Assembly (NCBI GenBank): GCA_002633005.1
Contig: NMRA01000009.1
Location: forward strand, 278,083-342,082
DNA length: 64,000 nt
Direction of reading: 5' to 3'
Source: Phoronis australis
Taxonomy: Eukaryota; Animalia; Phoronida
Below, piece after piece: positions 1-14,387 of the stretch. How positions within the stretch are numbered: position 1 is the stretch's first letter; the number at the start of each line of letters is the position of its first letter. The position numbers were made by a program, and so were the translations under genes. Under the pieces are notes generated by a model that saw nothing but the letters and a program-made list of their open reading frames with translations, did no database searches and was not told the DNA's origin.

Positions 1-548
1 TGGCTTGGCTCCAGCATACCTCAGCAGTAAATTCAATAGCAGTCAGGCTGTTTATTCTACACGTTCTTCTGTTGCTGGCAATGTTTCTTCTAAAAAAATT
101 AAAACCGAGACTGGCAAGAGATCTTTTATCTATGCAGCTGCTATAATATGGAATTCTTTTAGCCCAGAAATTAAACGGTCCAACTCAATTACTACCTTTA
201 AAGTTAATGTTAAAAAGTGGCTGTAATTTACTTAACCTTTTATACCCTGCCTGTCTTAATCATGTCATTTTTTCATTGTCGTAAATACTCTCATTGTCTA
301 GAGTCATCTCTTAATTTATTTCATCTGTCTTAGTTAATTTTTTACCATTATTTGTCATTTAGTTATTGTCTTAATTCTCAACCTTAACTGTTTTAATTGT
401 ATCTTTGTTACGTATATTTCATTGTTGTTTTATTACTTCATTGTATTATATTACTGTTTTTCTTGTTGAGGGCCCTCTTGGAAAGCAGTGCTATCACTGA
501 AGAGGCCACCCTCATTTTAAATATCACAATAATAAATAAATAAATAAA
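1..548 (+). mobile_element. 3' end of a non-LTR retrotransposon (L2/Crack/Daphne/CR1-group-like LINE): ORF2 C-terminus, 3' UTR and (AATA)n tail
   Basis: ORF 5..226 ends ...GKRSFIYAAAIIWNSFSPEIKRSNSITTFKVNVKKWL, the typical post-RT C-terminal pattern (SFxYxxxxxWNxL...FK) of these LINEs. It is followed by a T-rich UTR, a 3' stem-loop-like segment GAGGGCCCTCTT...AAGAGGCCACCCTC (~468-513) and an AATAAATAAATAAAT tail at ~528-548. Confidence 0.75.
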
Positions 549-2418
549 TGTAAACGTGTGGCTATGGCTATAACAAAGTTTAGCTCTCTCACTCTGTACA
601 TACAGTACATAATATGTACACATATTCCATCTGCCATGTCATCTATTCGTTGATTTATGGGATCTGCAAAAATAAATATATGCTAAACTACAGGTGTTTT
701 TATATGAGTAATGTCATTAGCTAAGGTTGCTGTGTTGAGTAAGTATTTTCACGAGGATGAAGGTGCAACAGTCAAGGCTAAAAACATTAAAAAGTATAGT
801 TAAACATGTACCCTGAAACTGTCTCATTGTTACTTGCACTGTCAAGAATGGCAGTAGTCGAGTCTCGGTTTACTAGTACAGGTTTTGAACCTAAAGGCAT
901 CAAGATTTTATTTGTTTTTATCATAGCCTTATTGTAAAGCTTACCAGTTTTTCAAAATCAGGACATAAATTGTCCATTGAAAGTGACAATTCGTGGAACG
1001 TTTTTACAGGAATTGCATAACCTCTGGTTATGTGAAATTTAAATGGTTCCAGTTTGGCCTGTCTTGGGATTTATGAGACAAACTCTTTATTTGTTCAAAA
1101 TTGGTGTCTTAGTGCTCTGCTTGTACATTTTGTGCTGAATGTACAGTTATTGATCTCTTCTTGCAACTGTCACGTAGCCAACTTTTTTGACAAGGGTTTA
1201 TTTATTTTTTGTCATTTATAATTTAGTGTTAAAGATGAAAAGCAGAGAAACGGTGGTTAATTTGATCTTAGTACCATATGTATAAGCAGCGAATTGAGAA
1301 ATCCACTTATTCCTGCTCTAAATGTTGGTGCAATAAATAAAAACGAGGCGCCTACAACTCGATAACATTTCGTTCATTGTTTATCGTTGCATCGGCTCTC
1401 TGAAATGTTACCAATAAAAAATGGTCTAATTTCTGCGGACTGACTACACTATACCATTACGATATCGTTACACCTTGTACATAATGTATAACTTTTTTAA
1501 CGGAAATAGCACATGAGAAAATAGAAACCCAGGAAAATATGAATGAATTAAAATGCTAAACTTCTGTGACTAGACAACGCTAGACTATTGTAGCACTCCG
1601 CAAAACTAGTTCACAAAATAGAAATAAGCATACAATCAGAAAACCGTAAATACCAGCAAAAGCACAATAGCTGCAATGTACCAGCATATCTAGGTCAACA
1701 CAAACAATAATCAGTTTACAGCAACACTGATAGAATGCAAATTACAACTGCACAGCTATTTAAAATATGCATGTACCGTTATTGGCTTAGACAGTAGCTT
1801 GTACTGTCTGCATTTACGTCAGTTGATATACTGTAATCAATTTCGTGAAAATATTGTAATTTAAAAAAATTATTTTACAAGACAAATTGTTGACTTCCCA
1901 GTCATCACAAGATGGTCTGCTTTTTCACATTTTTTGGAATAACTTTTTGGCTCTCCTACTTAAGTGGTGGTCTGGGATTGTGTGCGTGTATGGGAGTGAG
2001 ATGTTTGGGTGATCTGCATTTTGTTAACCATCTGCGTATACTTTGTATTATCTGAGCGAGTGGAATATAGTAAAATGTTTAAAAAATATTTGTTCTTTGT
2101 ATGCAAGTGATTATGAGGCATCAAATAATATTTTGCAGCAATGTCTGGAAGGTGCCCTGTCGTTTGTTTATTTTCCTGATGTGTTTACACAGTTGACAAA
2201 GCAGGCTACTAATGACTGGCATTCTGGTGGACCCTCTACAGTTTTTGTTTGTATACTCTGGGGGAAACCAGGGACAATCAGGTTCATACTGTTGGCATGG
2301 TGATGTCGGTGTCAAAGGTCAAGCTAGCCAGCTCATTAACATTGTTCATCTACATTTTTTGTGTGTGGTGTCACTACTACTGTTGATGTCAAGAAAGAGG
2401 CCTCATGTTTGAACAGCC

Positions 2419-2443
2419 ATGGTCGATATTTTGTTGTTCTCTG
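2419..2443 (+). CDS. MRTF: Candidate alternative first coding exon of MRTF (MVDILLFS, phase 1)
   Basis: Kozak-like GCCATGG; 8 codons + 1 nt; strong donor CTG|GTAAGT. The phase is compatible with the exon at 48621. No homology or transcript support. Confidence 0.3.
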
Positions 2444-2544
2444 GTAAGTATTCCTGTCACATTTAGACCTGTTCTTCTGCGTTTTCTTGACTTTCCTCCT
2501 ATCATTGGTATTCATCCACTGAGGATTTCTGACTATGTTTGTGA

Positions 2545-3006
2545 CGGGGGTACAGCTAGAAAATTAGGATACCAACAAATTTAGAAAGTGGACTCAAAAA
2601 GTGACAAATTTGCAGAGAGCTTCCATGAAAAGGGTTTTGTTCTAGAAATATCCTTTTGTTAATTCCATAAGCCTACCTCTTTCCTAGGGATTTTTGGACA
2701 GCTGAGTATATAACCCATTAAGACTGAAACGGTACAGAGATGCTATTTTTCAAAAATCGGTATATCTTTTGCAATCAAAAGTTTAGAAATATAGATATAA
2801 TATTCTTTTATAAAATTTAAAAGCTGGATAAAGGGTCATTTTGTAGAGTTTGAAGCTGCAAAATGAAGCATTTTGGGGAGAATTAAATTAGTAAGGTACC
2901 TTTTGTTGGGAATTTGTCAGAAATGACGTCCTTTTGAGGAGTCTAGTCATAATCATCCTTCTGAGCGCCACTTCCCATATACCTCTTCTATGAGAGTACC
3001 CCCCAG
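2545..3006. mobile_element. Probable degenerate non-autonomous TIR element (GGGGGTAC...GTACCCCCC termini)
   Basis: CGGGGGTAC at 2545 and its inverted counterpart GAGTACCCCCCAG at ~2994-3006. No clear TSD. Confidence 0.4.
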
Positions 3007-5929
3007 ATCAGCATGTTGGAAAGCAGGTAAACTGGCTTTCATCAGTTACCTTAAGTGCTTAGCTGAATTACCACACTGCTCCATCAGTTGCCTACAGAAA
3101 ATAGTCACAACCACTGGCAGGGTGCATTTGGAAAATGTACTTCAGTTCTCTACTAAATTTTGTTGACTTAAGGTAAAATTGCCAAAATTGGCCTCATTTC
3201 AATTTTCAAGGGATTCTCACGTTGTTGTGAATGTGCACATTTTTTTTTTCAATTTATGTTGTCTGTTGGTAGCTATGGTGCATAACTTGGAAACGGAACA
3301 GCAAATAAGAAAAGTTTGCCAGCCATATTGTATCAAATGATACTGTCCACCAGTCTTATTGAATTGCCATCATGTTTTGTTCAAAGTTAAGTTGATGTCT
3401 TATTCTTTTGCTTAATATCAAAATTGTATGAAGTTTATGCTGTAATGCCTGGCCATCCAGAATTATAGTGACTCTTTAATCTCATGCTATTTACCCACAA
3501 TGCTGCAGTATCTGTCGAGCGCTTTTGGTAGCTTCTTTTTGGTAACATTGGAGTTTTTCATGCTTTTTTGGTGCAATGCTTTTTACAAGTTTTTCTTGGC
3601 AACATTGCTGTATAACACCTTCCAATATCAGCAGTTTTACTACTTCATGACTGATTTGTGTCCAAAGACAGGTTTGAGAATGTGTGTTGTTAGAGCTAGA
3701 CAATGAATTTTTAGAACAGTAATCATTTGTGGTTGATGAACAAATAGAAATATGTCATTATCCCAATGAAAACATGATCACAACACATCCCCAACTGGGA
3801 ACTAGAAGGTTGACATAGTTTGAGTGCTCTCAGTTTGACTTGACCAATCTTCCCATGAAATTGGGTGTTTCCACTTCTCTGGCATATTTCCTCTGTTTAC
3901 TGCTCAGACTCAGCTTGTATTGTTTTCAGTCAAAGCCTTTTGGTGACAAGTTTAAGTGGGGACACATGGTGGCATGTTTTACATTTGAATGTGACCTTGC
4001 TTCCAAGGGGAAGCATGTATGACAGGACGCGACTATGAGACTGTGTGATTCATAACATTGGTCTAGTAGTCCTTGGTTGTGCTGGGGACAAGATAGTTGT
4101 GTTCACACTTGAGACAGTGCTGCCTGCAAGCACAGAGATGTTACAACTCAAGGTTCAAGGTGATGGCTTTGATAAATGTTAGAGCAAAATGCAATTATCA
4201 TACTTCTTGTTTTCGTTACAGAAATAATCTAAATGCAATTTATTTGATCCTTTAAAAATTATTAAATATTTAGCATATGGTGTTAATTAAATTTCTTTTG
4301 GAACTGGAGTAATGTGCAGGCATAGATAATATAGACTGATGTACTGATGAGAATTGATTGTGCAGAAAGCATTTTGAATAATTACCAGGCCAGTCACAGG
4401 CTTTGTACCTACAAACTGTAGTGTTATTTCCTCACCTTTTCTTCCCTCTGTGTACAATTGTTTAATCTGATAACAAGGTAGATTGCTTGTGATAATGCTG
4501 TGATAATGAAGAATACAAGGTGCACTGTGTTCCAGCATAACTCTCCTCCGCTCAAACTTACCTTAGAACAACTCGCACTAGTATAACTCACCCCACTTTG
4601 AGTGGACCGTCCACACACACACACACATATCCGATAACTAGCGCAAGGCAGAAGTTACCGCTCTGTTCGTGACAGCAAACAGCTGATATGAATATGGCGC
4701 AGAAAAGAGGACTTCCCCCCATCTGTATGTAACCCGAGCTGATAATTGATTCTGCCTTGCCCCAGGTTTGCAGCCTCACAGCCAGTGCCAGCGATTTGAA
4801 GTAGCTGCAAGTTACCCTTAAACAAGTTCCCTACTTCCATAAGGTGAAGTAAGTTGTCACAAGTGGGGCAAATTGCACTAGTTTAAATAGCATCCAGACA
4901 GCTTCCAAACCTAGGGACAACTGTTCCAGGAGTGTCTTGTTCAAGAGTAAGTCTGTGTGTAGAACTTTAGACAGCACTATGCAGTGCAACACTCCTTGTG
5001 TACTATTTCTCGGCATTATCTATGGTGTTGTTACATTGGCAGATAGGCAAAGCTCTGATAGGTGCTTAATTGCCAGTAAATAGGAGTTCCAGCCAAAGCA
5101 CAATGTATATACAAAAGCAAATTGTATGGAACGTGGTACTTACATGGCAAAGCTGCTCAATTATTTGTAGAAGTTGAATACCAATCTGTAGCTTGTATAT
5201 TTCCTTTATATGCTCTATTTCTATATTGATTCTGTGCGACATTGCAATAACACCTGAAACTGTATTTCCACTTGTTGCACTATCTGAACCAAAATCAAAA
5301 CCAAGCCACTTACCCTACAAAATCAGTCTCAAATTTTTTATACCGAAAGAGGATATTATTTTCTTTGTTAGAAGTAGACCATCTGGTATTCATAAATCAA
5401 AAATGTTTCCAGGAGCCATAGGCTAGCCAACTCTTCTAAAATTGTTAGCTGAATGCTGTAACTAACAGTATCATGGCAGGGAAGTATAGTTTGACATGCT
5501 TAGTGTAATAAGCATTTCTGTGTGCCCACTCATGTTCCTGATTTCATCTCCAACATGTCTGTCGAGTGGGCAGATGGAACTGAATGCATACTGAAAATTA
5601 TATTTGGAATCAATCTGCAGTTCATCTATTGACCAATAGAATGCAGCACTCGTTCTTCTTAATTTTGCAGCCACACGTTTCCCTGGGTTCTGGAACCAGT
5701 CCCTTGAACATATCCCCAGCTGTAATTAATCAAGCCAGATATCACATGTACCTTTGCAGGCTATTAATATTTACAGCTTTGGTCTTTCATCATCTCAGAG
5801 ACTATCTTGGTATGGATTTTGTCATGTTCCTTATCTATCAACCCACTATAGGTACATTTATCAAATCTCTTTTTGAGTTTCTGCATATGATATTCAGTTC
5901 TACAATCCGTAAACGCAAGAATTTAGGAA

Positions 5930-7513
5930 ATGCACAAGATCATGCAAGATATCGCCAGGTATTACAAGTTAAAAAACGTGATCACAATGGAAGATTTTGA
6001 AAATTGGCACTTATGTTTCTACTGTGAAGAGGATGGCTGATGATGTTTTTGTAACAACTTAGACTACTGTGGCACCCTAAGTTGACAACGCACAATGATA
6101 ACATTTGGATGGATCCGACTCCTGCTATAGCCCCCTCCTGGTACTTGCAATTTTATTTTTTCGTTGTCATCTGTATGTTTGGAAATCCTTGGTAGATTTT
6201 CATGAAATTCAATAAATGGGTTTCCGGTAATAAGGAGTTGACAGGCGCCTGTTTTCAGATAGATTCGACGTATAACAGCCGTTTTTATTTTGAAATTTTG
6301 CAACAAAATTTCTATTAAGGTGATGATGACGCCTTATCGTTTTCAGGCAGATTTGACGTATTCTACACCACTTGGTGGCCATTTTCAACATTTTTGAGGA
6401 CATTTTTGACATCAGCATCTCTATACACCAAAACGCTTGAAGGATCATTGTTATAAGTTTGAGATGTGTTCATGATCAGAAGACTGAGGTTGACGATTTT
6501 TGTAGGTGTTCAGCTACTCTGGCATCCCCTAGTGACAATTTTATTTTTTGCATCCACGGCTGTATCTCCTTTACCCTTTGCAAGATGTTTCTGAAATTTA
6601 GCAGATGTGTTCCTATGGAGATGGCAGCTGGTGACATCCAATTTCAGACCAGTCCAACTACAGCTGTGCTCCCTAGTGGCAATTTTATTTTATGTGTTTG
6701 CCACTGTAACTTCAGAGTTCCTAGATGCTTTTTCATGAAATTGTGCAAACAAATTTTCATTATGAAGATGACAGCTCCTTTTCTGTGATGGATTCATTGT
6801 ATTCTGCAGCAAAATGAAATAGTGGCCATTTTAATTATTTTTTATCTGTTTTTGTCGCCTGCTTCTGTATCTGCTAAACCTTGCAGAGGATCATCATGAA
6901 AATTGGCAGTTGTGTTCCTACTGACAAGAGCATGGCTGAGGTGGATTTTGAAATGGGTCCAACTACTGTGGTGCACGGTTGTATCTCCTAACCCCCTTGC
7001 AAGATGTTTTTGCAATTTTGCAATTGTATTCTTCTTAATTTGACAGCAGATGGACAGATTCAACTATTGCTGTGGTTCCTAATGGCAGTTTGTTTTTTTT
7101 TACATTTGCCCTGGTGTGTGTAGAGTTCTCTGACAGATTTCCATGAAATTTGGCGAATAATTTTGAGAGACGACACCTTCCCTTTTTTGGATGGTTTGAA
7201 TGTATCTGTGCCATCTGGTGGCCATTTTTATGATACTAATAAACTCCCTTAGAAGCACACGGTTTATGGTGCAGTCGTGGGTGCATTTCAGTGCTCCATG
7301 TTGCTCTTGTTTACATTTGTTTTTGTAATTTCAGAGTTCTTTGATGCTTTTTCATGAAATTTGGCAATCAAGTTTCTATTATGAAGACAACGGCCCTTTT
7401 CCATTTTGTGATGGACTCGATGTATTCTGCACCAACTAGTGGCAATTTTTATTAGAAGCACGCAGTTTACGGTGCAGTCATAACGCATTTCATTGTTTCG
7501 GTTTGCTCTTGTT
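5930..7513 (-). mobile_element. Degenerate interspersed repeat with internal diverged tandem units, Helentron/HINE-like
   Basis: Recurrent motifs TTTCATGAAATT(T)G, GTGGCCATTTT and GATGGA(T/C)TC occur through the region. A duplicated terminus GCATTTCA...TTGCTCTTGTTT lies at ~7283-7312 and ~7485-7513. The family assignment is inference and the left boundary is approximate. Confidence 0.45.
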
Positions 7514-8063
7514 TATTTTTCTGCTATGGTTGCTTTGTTGTATTCATGCTAAAAAACGTGTTGCAATGGACCCATGGTTTCAAGCGTATTGCGCTTAACC
7601 AACAAGTGTTGTTTTCAATCATTTTGTGTGGTGTTCACAAGTGTTTATGTGCTGATAACCGTCCCACAGTACGGTCAAATTTGGAAATGTTGATGAAATC
7701 CCCTGATTTCTGACTTATTTCTAGAGTGTGGAGTATTTTTCCTTACATATCACCTGCTTTACTTTACAAACTGTTTGCCTTTAGGCAATTCTGGTATTAT
7801 TGTTACCCCTCTAAGTTTCACCCATGCAAAGTTATAAGAAGTCCACTCCTTCCAGTATTAGATATGACTGTCTGCTTGCTACCATCTCCAGTCATCATTG
7901 CTGGACTTAGCAATACCTAGGTTGTGTTATATGTGCAGCAGGTAATTGATTCTGGCTTTTCTTTGTAGCTTCTGCTGGCCAGATATCCTTTGATCAGTTC
8001 AGTAGTTTTGTGTGTCATCCTCATTATTCACTTCAGTAATAGGAACTCTTGAGGAAGTAGAAC

Positions 8064-8555
8064 CAGGCCTTTATGCAGCGTACGTCCTGGGCGTCCATTT
8101 GGACGCCCTAGTATGGACGCTCTGGCAAGGACGCCCAATGTATCATTTGGACGCCCACTGTCAATAGGAACCTTTCAAGTTTGGACACACACACATTGTA
8201 ATGATTACTAGGAAGCCTCTGAAGGCTCAGTGGGGGCTCTTTCTTTCAAAGCAGGAAGAAATGTACAATGTATGGTATATACAAAGTATATACAATGTTG
8301 CTATGCTCACACTTGGTTGATAGCATTGTAAAAGTCTTGTTCTACACCATTTTTTTGTTAAAAATGCTCACTACAGAAGGCTGTTTTGTAAACTTAGATG
8401 TAAAAACCTTGGTCTATGCATTTTTTGTAAAAAAATCTGTGTGTTTGGGGGGATTGCTGGGGGTGGGGGGGTTACGCGTCGGAATTATGGACGCCCTGGA
8501 ATATTGGGAACCCCATTTTGGACACCCTATTTTCGAAATCGAGGATAAAGGCCTG
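8064..8555 (+). mobile_element. Non-autonomous hAT element (MITE), family A, copy 1
   Basis: 11-bp TIR CAGGCCTTTAT / ATAAAGGCCTG; perfect 8-bp TSD AGTAGAAC (8056-8063 and 8556-8563); repeated subterminal GGACGCCC motifs; a second copy lies at 31868-32478. Confidence 0.92.
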
Positions 8556-9999
8556 AGTAGAACTATCTCTTACTTTAGCCTTCCCAGTGGCTTGAACAGT
8601 TTTATGTTAAATTGATATATGGCCACACAGGCACACACAGTTGCACAAAAATTGTGAAATCCAGGGTTAATGCCGTTCTAATTGCTATTTATTGCCTGTG
8701 TTTTCATTTGAAATTACAGTCACTCAAGTGTGTAGGCTCAAGGCAAATTTGTCTAAGCAATTCCTTGGTCAGTTAACTCTGCTTAGCTCCTGGGATGCAT
8801 GTTCCCACTCTAATAACTTCAGGTAACATAATAAAAGCTAGATTTATAATGGTAATTATATAACCAAACATACCGATTATACACTTTCGTGACTTGCTAA
8901 CCATGTTAAAAAATTCATAACTTTTTTGAAAGCATGAATTTACTATTCAAATTCTTACAAAATGTAGTTAGAATTAAATGAAGGTTGTAGTTAACAGTGC
9001 GTCTATGATATCTTTGTTGTCATGTTGCCTTGGTTGAAGGAAAGCCCTGTACTGTAGTTGCTCATTGAAAAATACATTACCAACAGGTTTCCTCTCAGAA
9101 AGGCCTTGATCAAAGTTTTGTCAAGGAATTGCACCATTTTTAACCCAGTTAGCTTGTGTGCTAGTCTGGTTCATGCATATTTGTGTGTTGGATAGCTGTA
9201 AGGCTCTCTGATATGTTCGCCACACCAGCGCATGGTTTAACTCTCAGATACTGATTCACCTTAATCTATCAATGTGGGCTCTTAATTACATAGCTTTCTT
9301 GTTTTTCAGTTAAATTACGACATTGCACGATTCATCTGGCTTTCACTTTAGGAGATTCCTGATGACTCTAAGTTAACCATTAAGTGTGAATCTGACTTAA
9401 AAATGAGCAGGTATGAAAATGTATCAGATGTAACAATGTATAGTGTCATTATCATTATTACAAACATTACATAATCTGTGTTAGTAACAGTTATCTCAAT
9501 TAAATCAAGTAGCATGATCTACATGTCTGCAAATGAATATCAGTTGTAGAAGTTATTTGCACTAATTTGCTGTGGCCATTTAGCAATCAACTCAGTTCAA
9601 ACGAGTTTTTAGGAATTATTAGTAAAATGTATGTAGCATTCAGTTTGAACTTGTGCAGATATCTTCTAACAATTTCAGTGTATTACAGCTTCTGGATGAT
9701 GACTGGGAAGAACTTTTTATGAGGTGCCTTGTAGTCCGCAGCCAGTTAGACCCAGTGTTCCATTCACTTCATCTTGTGTAGCATGCTGATGTGTTCTTGA
9801 ATGAACACTGCTATTGTCGAAACACCATAGTCTATTAAAGGGCCATGTTTCCCTTTTGAAGGCATTTTTGATAAATTTAGCATACTTTACTTTCTCTGAT
9901 ATGATGCAATTTGAATCTTTTCGGTGAATTAAAAAAAACAACATTAATTTCCCATTCTTCACATCTGAAATGTGACAGTATGAGCAAGTGGCACAGTGC

Positions 10000-10370
10000 A
10001 AACACCATGTGCCTTAGTGGCTGATACAAACAGTGCTCGCCTTAGTGGCTGATACAAACAGTGCTCGCCTTAGTGGCTGATACAAACAGTGCTCGCCTTA
10101 GTGGCTGATACAAACAGTGCTCGCCTTAGTGGCTGATACAAACACCATGTGCCTTAGTGGCTGATACAAACAGTGCTCGCCTGAGTGGCTGATACAAACA
10201 GTGCTCGCCTTAGTGGCTGATACAAACAGTGCTCGCCTTAGTGGCTGATACAAACAGTGCTCGCCTTAGTGGCTGATACAAACAGTGCTCGCCTTAGTGG
10301 CTGATACAAACACCATGTGCCTTAGTGGCTGATACAAACAGTGCTCGCCTGAGTGGCTGATACAAACAGT
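10000..10370. repeat. 28-bp minisatellite (CCTTAGTGGCTGATACAAACAGTGCTCG)n, ~13 copies, ending at an N gap; degenerate copies resume at 11831-11932
   Basis: Direct head-to-tail repeats with period 28 and no spacers. Confidence 0.95.
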
Positions 10371-10371
10371 N

Positions 10372-11828
10372 TTTTTGTCACTTTATTTTCTTCCCATGTT
10401 TGCAAAGTTTAAGAACGCCGCTGGCGTCAAAACCTCCGCTTTCAGCGACTTTGTCTGCCGCGTTGAGTTTTCGTCTGCAGTGCACTTGATAAAACATATA
10501 TTCGAAAAAATCAGGCCAGAGAAATGAGACAATGGTTAAAAGTATATAGTCACGCCCGTTTTTGTTACTTAGGACTGTCGCTATTCTCTTTTGATGTGTG
10601 ACTTTGTAGTGGTGCACGCGCGCAACTTCCCACACTTTGGAGTGCATGTTACCTTGACACCAACATGTGATTGACAGGTGACTCGCACGTAGGCCCTACG
10701 CGCGTGCTGAATCCCGCTGCTATCTTTGGCCATAAAAAACGAGATGCATATTGAAAGAGGCCGTTATATTACTTGACGGCATTTCCAAGTCACGATTGTC
10801 AGCTGACTGAGACATTGCGTGCTAACAACGGGACCGAACAGTGCTGCAGTGCGATATTGCAAGTGATGTAAATAGGATAATCTGGACATCTTGCATGAAA
10901 AATAAATGTTTTTCCACCACGAAGTTTGGTAAGGTGATCGTTTTTGAATTGAAACATCGCTGTTTTGTAGCGTTTTATCACATATTTATGCCGTGGCTCG
11001 AAATTTTATTCTTGATTTACGAGTGGCACACGGCCGCTTAACCCCGATTCTTGTCTTGGGCCTACTTTTTTGCTGAGCATGTTTGGCGCAAGGGCAAGTG
11101 AGCAATGCCGGGCAGTCGAGATAAAACAGCAAGCCACAGAACCATACGCTGAAAATGTCATTGAGTCACGGAGTATTGACTATAAAGATCCCAAACACAA
11201 AAAAACATCTGAATTGATGTTTTCAAACTTTTATTTCAACCAATTTTAAAACTGCTCTCTGACTATGAACTTGGCAGCTAGTACGAGACTGTAACCATAA
11301 ATCTGATGTCTGCTGTGACCTCTGCAACACGTGAAGCTTGCACGCGCGCACTTTAGCAAGATGAAATAGTTGCAATCCAAGTGGAGGCTGCGTGGTCATT
11401 GGTCGTCTGCGCTCTACACTACAGGGCTAAATAACAAGACCGCAGGACGGCACGGGGCTATTACTCAGCAGTTCTGTAAATTTAATAGTGTATAACTAAT
11501 CTGAGGGCATGATAACCTTTGTTAGAATCATCCGCTATTATGACGTTTTTCCCGTCATGTGGCGACGTGACGATAACGCTTTTTGAAAAGTGCTACGCGT
11601 TTCGAGTAGGCCTACGACTACGTGTGTGGTGTGGGTACTTAGATCACGAGGTAAGATTAACCGCCCAGGGCGCTTGCCTGTCGTAATAAGCGCCCATGTT
11701 CGGTTCACCGCCCACCCTGGATTTTTTGAAGTTTCACGTTTAAGCGCCCATGTCTGGTTAACCGCCCACCCCCGATTTTTTGTTTTTGCCAATTTAACCG
11801 CCCATGGTGTTAACCCGAACGTTTACGG
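10372..11828 (+). mobile_element. Right ~1.45 kb of a non-autonomous Tc1/mariner (Tc2/pogo-like) element, family B, within the 28-bp minisatellite
   Basis: Ends ...GTTAACCCGAACGTTTACGG|TA with subterminal AACCGCCCA repeats. Collinear homology to 37780-37935, 38850-39815 and 41150-41455. The left part is lost in the gap at 10371. Confidence 0.85.
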
Positions 11829-13218
11829 TAAACACCATGCGCCTTAGTGGACACCGTGAGCCTTAGTGGCTGATACTAACACCGTGCTCCTTAGTGGCTG
11901 ATTCAAACACCTTGCTTCTTAGTGGCTGAATCACTGTTGTAACTGTTTCTAACATCATCTCTCAAGACAAAAAAAAATTTATGTACCAGGGCTGGGACTG
12001 AAAATCACTGGGTGTGTCGGTCATTGAACACAGTTGTCAAAAACTGAAACGCAGGCAACACTAACAGTGTGTGACTAGAGAGCTTAAAAACGCCTTTGAT
12101 GTTAAGTAAAATGTGCATTGGCCAAAAATGCCTTCAAAGGTGCAGCATTCTCCCGTAGTTAAAAGCTGACTAAAACACAATTTTCTACACAGGGTTGCCA
12201 TCTCAGTTCCTCAGGCCAGTCACCTCAAACTTATTTGCTATACCTGGTCAAATCCAGCTCTGGGGTCTTGTAGGTTCAAGACCTGTTTTCATGGACTATT
12301 GAGCAGCCTTTGAAGGTGTGCTCGGTCATGTGTGTCCCTCACCTTTTCATATATTGTTTGTAATTAGCAACATGTGGCTAGCGGATTCACTTCAGTCTAG
12401 CCAGCCTTTATGGTTGATGTTTTACGAGTTCAAACCTATTACTGACAAATTAATGATTTTGATCAGTTCAATGTGTTTGACTAAATGTAAATGATTCCAC
12501 ATCTGTCATGATAAGTGAAACAAAGAATGAATAAAATCCTGAGTGAATTGTGTCCCTGTCTGACACAACTGATTGCTACAATTAAAAATGTTTTTTTTAA
12601 ACTGACTGGTTGGTTTTGGTCCCCCTTAGGTTTGCAATGTGCCAACTGCAATCTCCTTATTGTAGTTGAGACACATTCAGTTTGACAGTGACAGTGTTTT
12701 TCTATGGCAATGAAAACATTGTCTGTCGTATGCTCATTATTGGCTAATTAATTGTGACCTGGGATATTTGTCTGTCTAGTTTGCTGTTTAGTTAAAACTA
12801 GTATTGATTGGTTTAAGAATGATACCACTGGTATAGGCATGAGAGGGAAAAGGGGCCTTGGACCCCCTGTGAAATGCTACAATCTAATTTCTCACCCCCA
12901 TGAATACTTCTGTGTTTAATAGTGGATGATATGACTCACTTTATTTGGAACATAATAACTGGATTCTCATTTAGTGCTATTTAGTCATACCAAGTGTTGG
13001 GGTGCTGTAAGATTCTACAAGTTGCTGTTTGTGTAGGGAGAGGGAGAGAATAGTTGGGTTGCCAATGAGGGAGGCAACTTAGGGATTCAGCTGTATAATC
13101 TCAGCTAGGTTGGCTTTGCAAGCATTCATTGTGTATGGGCTGGGTTGTGTTGGGTATAAAGAGGAGACTAGGGAGTAAAGTGGCAGTGTGATCACATGAT
13201 TCACTTGGAATGCGTGGC

Positions 13219-13360
13219 ATTATTCTGCATTATTCTGCGATATCCTGCATTATCCTGCATTATCCTGCAGTATCCTGCAGTATCCTGCATTATCCTGCAG
13301 TATCCTGCAGTATCCTGCAGTATCCTGCAGTATCCTGCAGTATCCTGCATTATCCTGCAA
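13219..13360. repeat. 10-bp tandem repeat (TATCCTGCAG/T)n
   Basis: About 14 direct copies are visible. Confidence 0.95.
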
Positions 13361-14387
13361 AGTCTCACAACAAACTTTAGTGCTCTATGGAATGCAACCC
13401 TGTTCTGAAATTTTTGTCATCAGGTGATAAAATTTTTTTATTTGTATAGATCATTATGACATGCATGAATGGGTGGCACAATTTAATTATTTCAACATGA
13501 GCAATTTGTAAGCATCGATTCTTGTACTGGCTTTTTCTAATGTTTTTGGTTCAGCTTGTTTTTCCATCACTTAATGTTTTCTCAGGTATCCTTTTTACCT
13601 AGGTTTTCTAAACTAAATGTGTTGGCCTGGCTTTCCAGAGTTCAGATTGTATATCCCAATGATCTGTTAGGAAAGAACCACCTGGGGAAACATCTTGTTT
13701 TGAGCATGTTTTTAGAGACTACATTATGGCAGTACTGACTGGAACCCACCCTGATTATTGGACATTGTTAAGCTGATAAAGTGAACAACTACAGTACTTA
13801 AGAGAAACATGGACTGGTGGTTGTTCATTGAATAAATGTTAACAAGACGCATAAATCACACCTGGTTCCGTGGCTTTGAATACTTACCTGGTTAAAAATG
13901 GATCTGCTGCAAGGGATTGATCTAAAATGTCGTTCCTTCACAACAAGTTTCAGTGTGTGAAAAAAGCACTCGCTTTTGGAGATCCAAAAGCCTGGAACTT
14001 AAAATTGGATTGTGAGAAACCTGGATCATCTAACTATTAAACTATTTTAAGAGACAAAAAAATGATTTTCACATGGAACATAGTACATTTGTGTTAAACT
14101 AGGAGTGTTACTTCCCCTGCTTGTCCCATGAGAACTGTCTTACTAATGGGGAACTTGCGCTAAGATTGCTGGTAGTGTGGGTTGTTTCAGTCACCATCTT
14201 CCCATGTATTTGCTATAGGCTGAGAATATTTGGCTTCGGTTTCTTGTTTACTACCGATTGGCATGTGAATAGTGTAGTGTGGTTTACTTCCAGCACAAGA
14301 CATACACTTCAAATTGGCATTTTTCATTAAATTTACTATAATTTAGTGAAATATGTTCCTGATTAGGATTTTCATTGTCCAACTACA

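Noticed and set aside
4560-4855. Promoter/exon-like segment with a (CA)n run and a GTAAGT donor
   Set aside because: Its ATGs run into stops before the donor and it has no recognisable homology.
10000-10370. 28-bp repeats resembling a CRISPR array
   Set aside because: The units are head-to-tail with no unique spacers, there are no cas genes, and the context is eukaryotic with spliced exons. The same applies to the 46-, 44-, 33- and 26-bp arrays.
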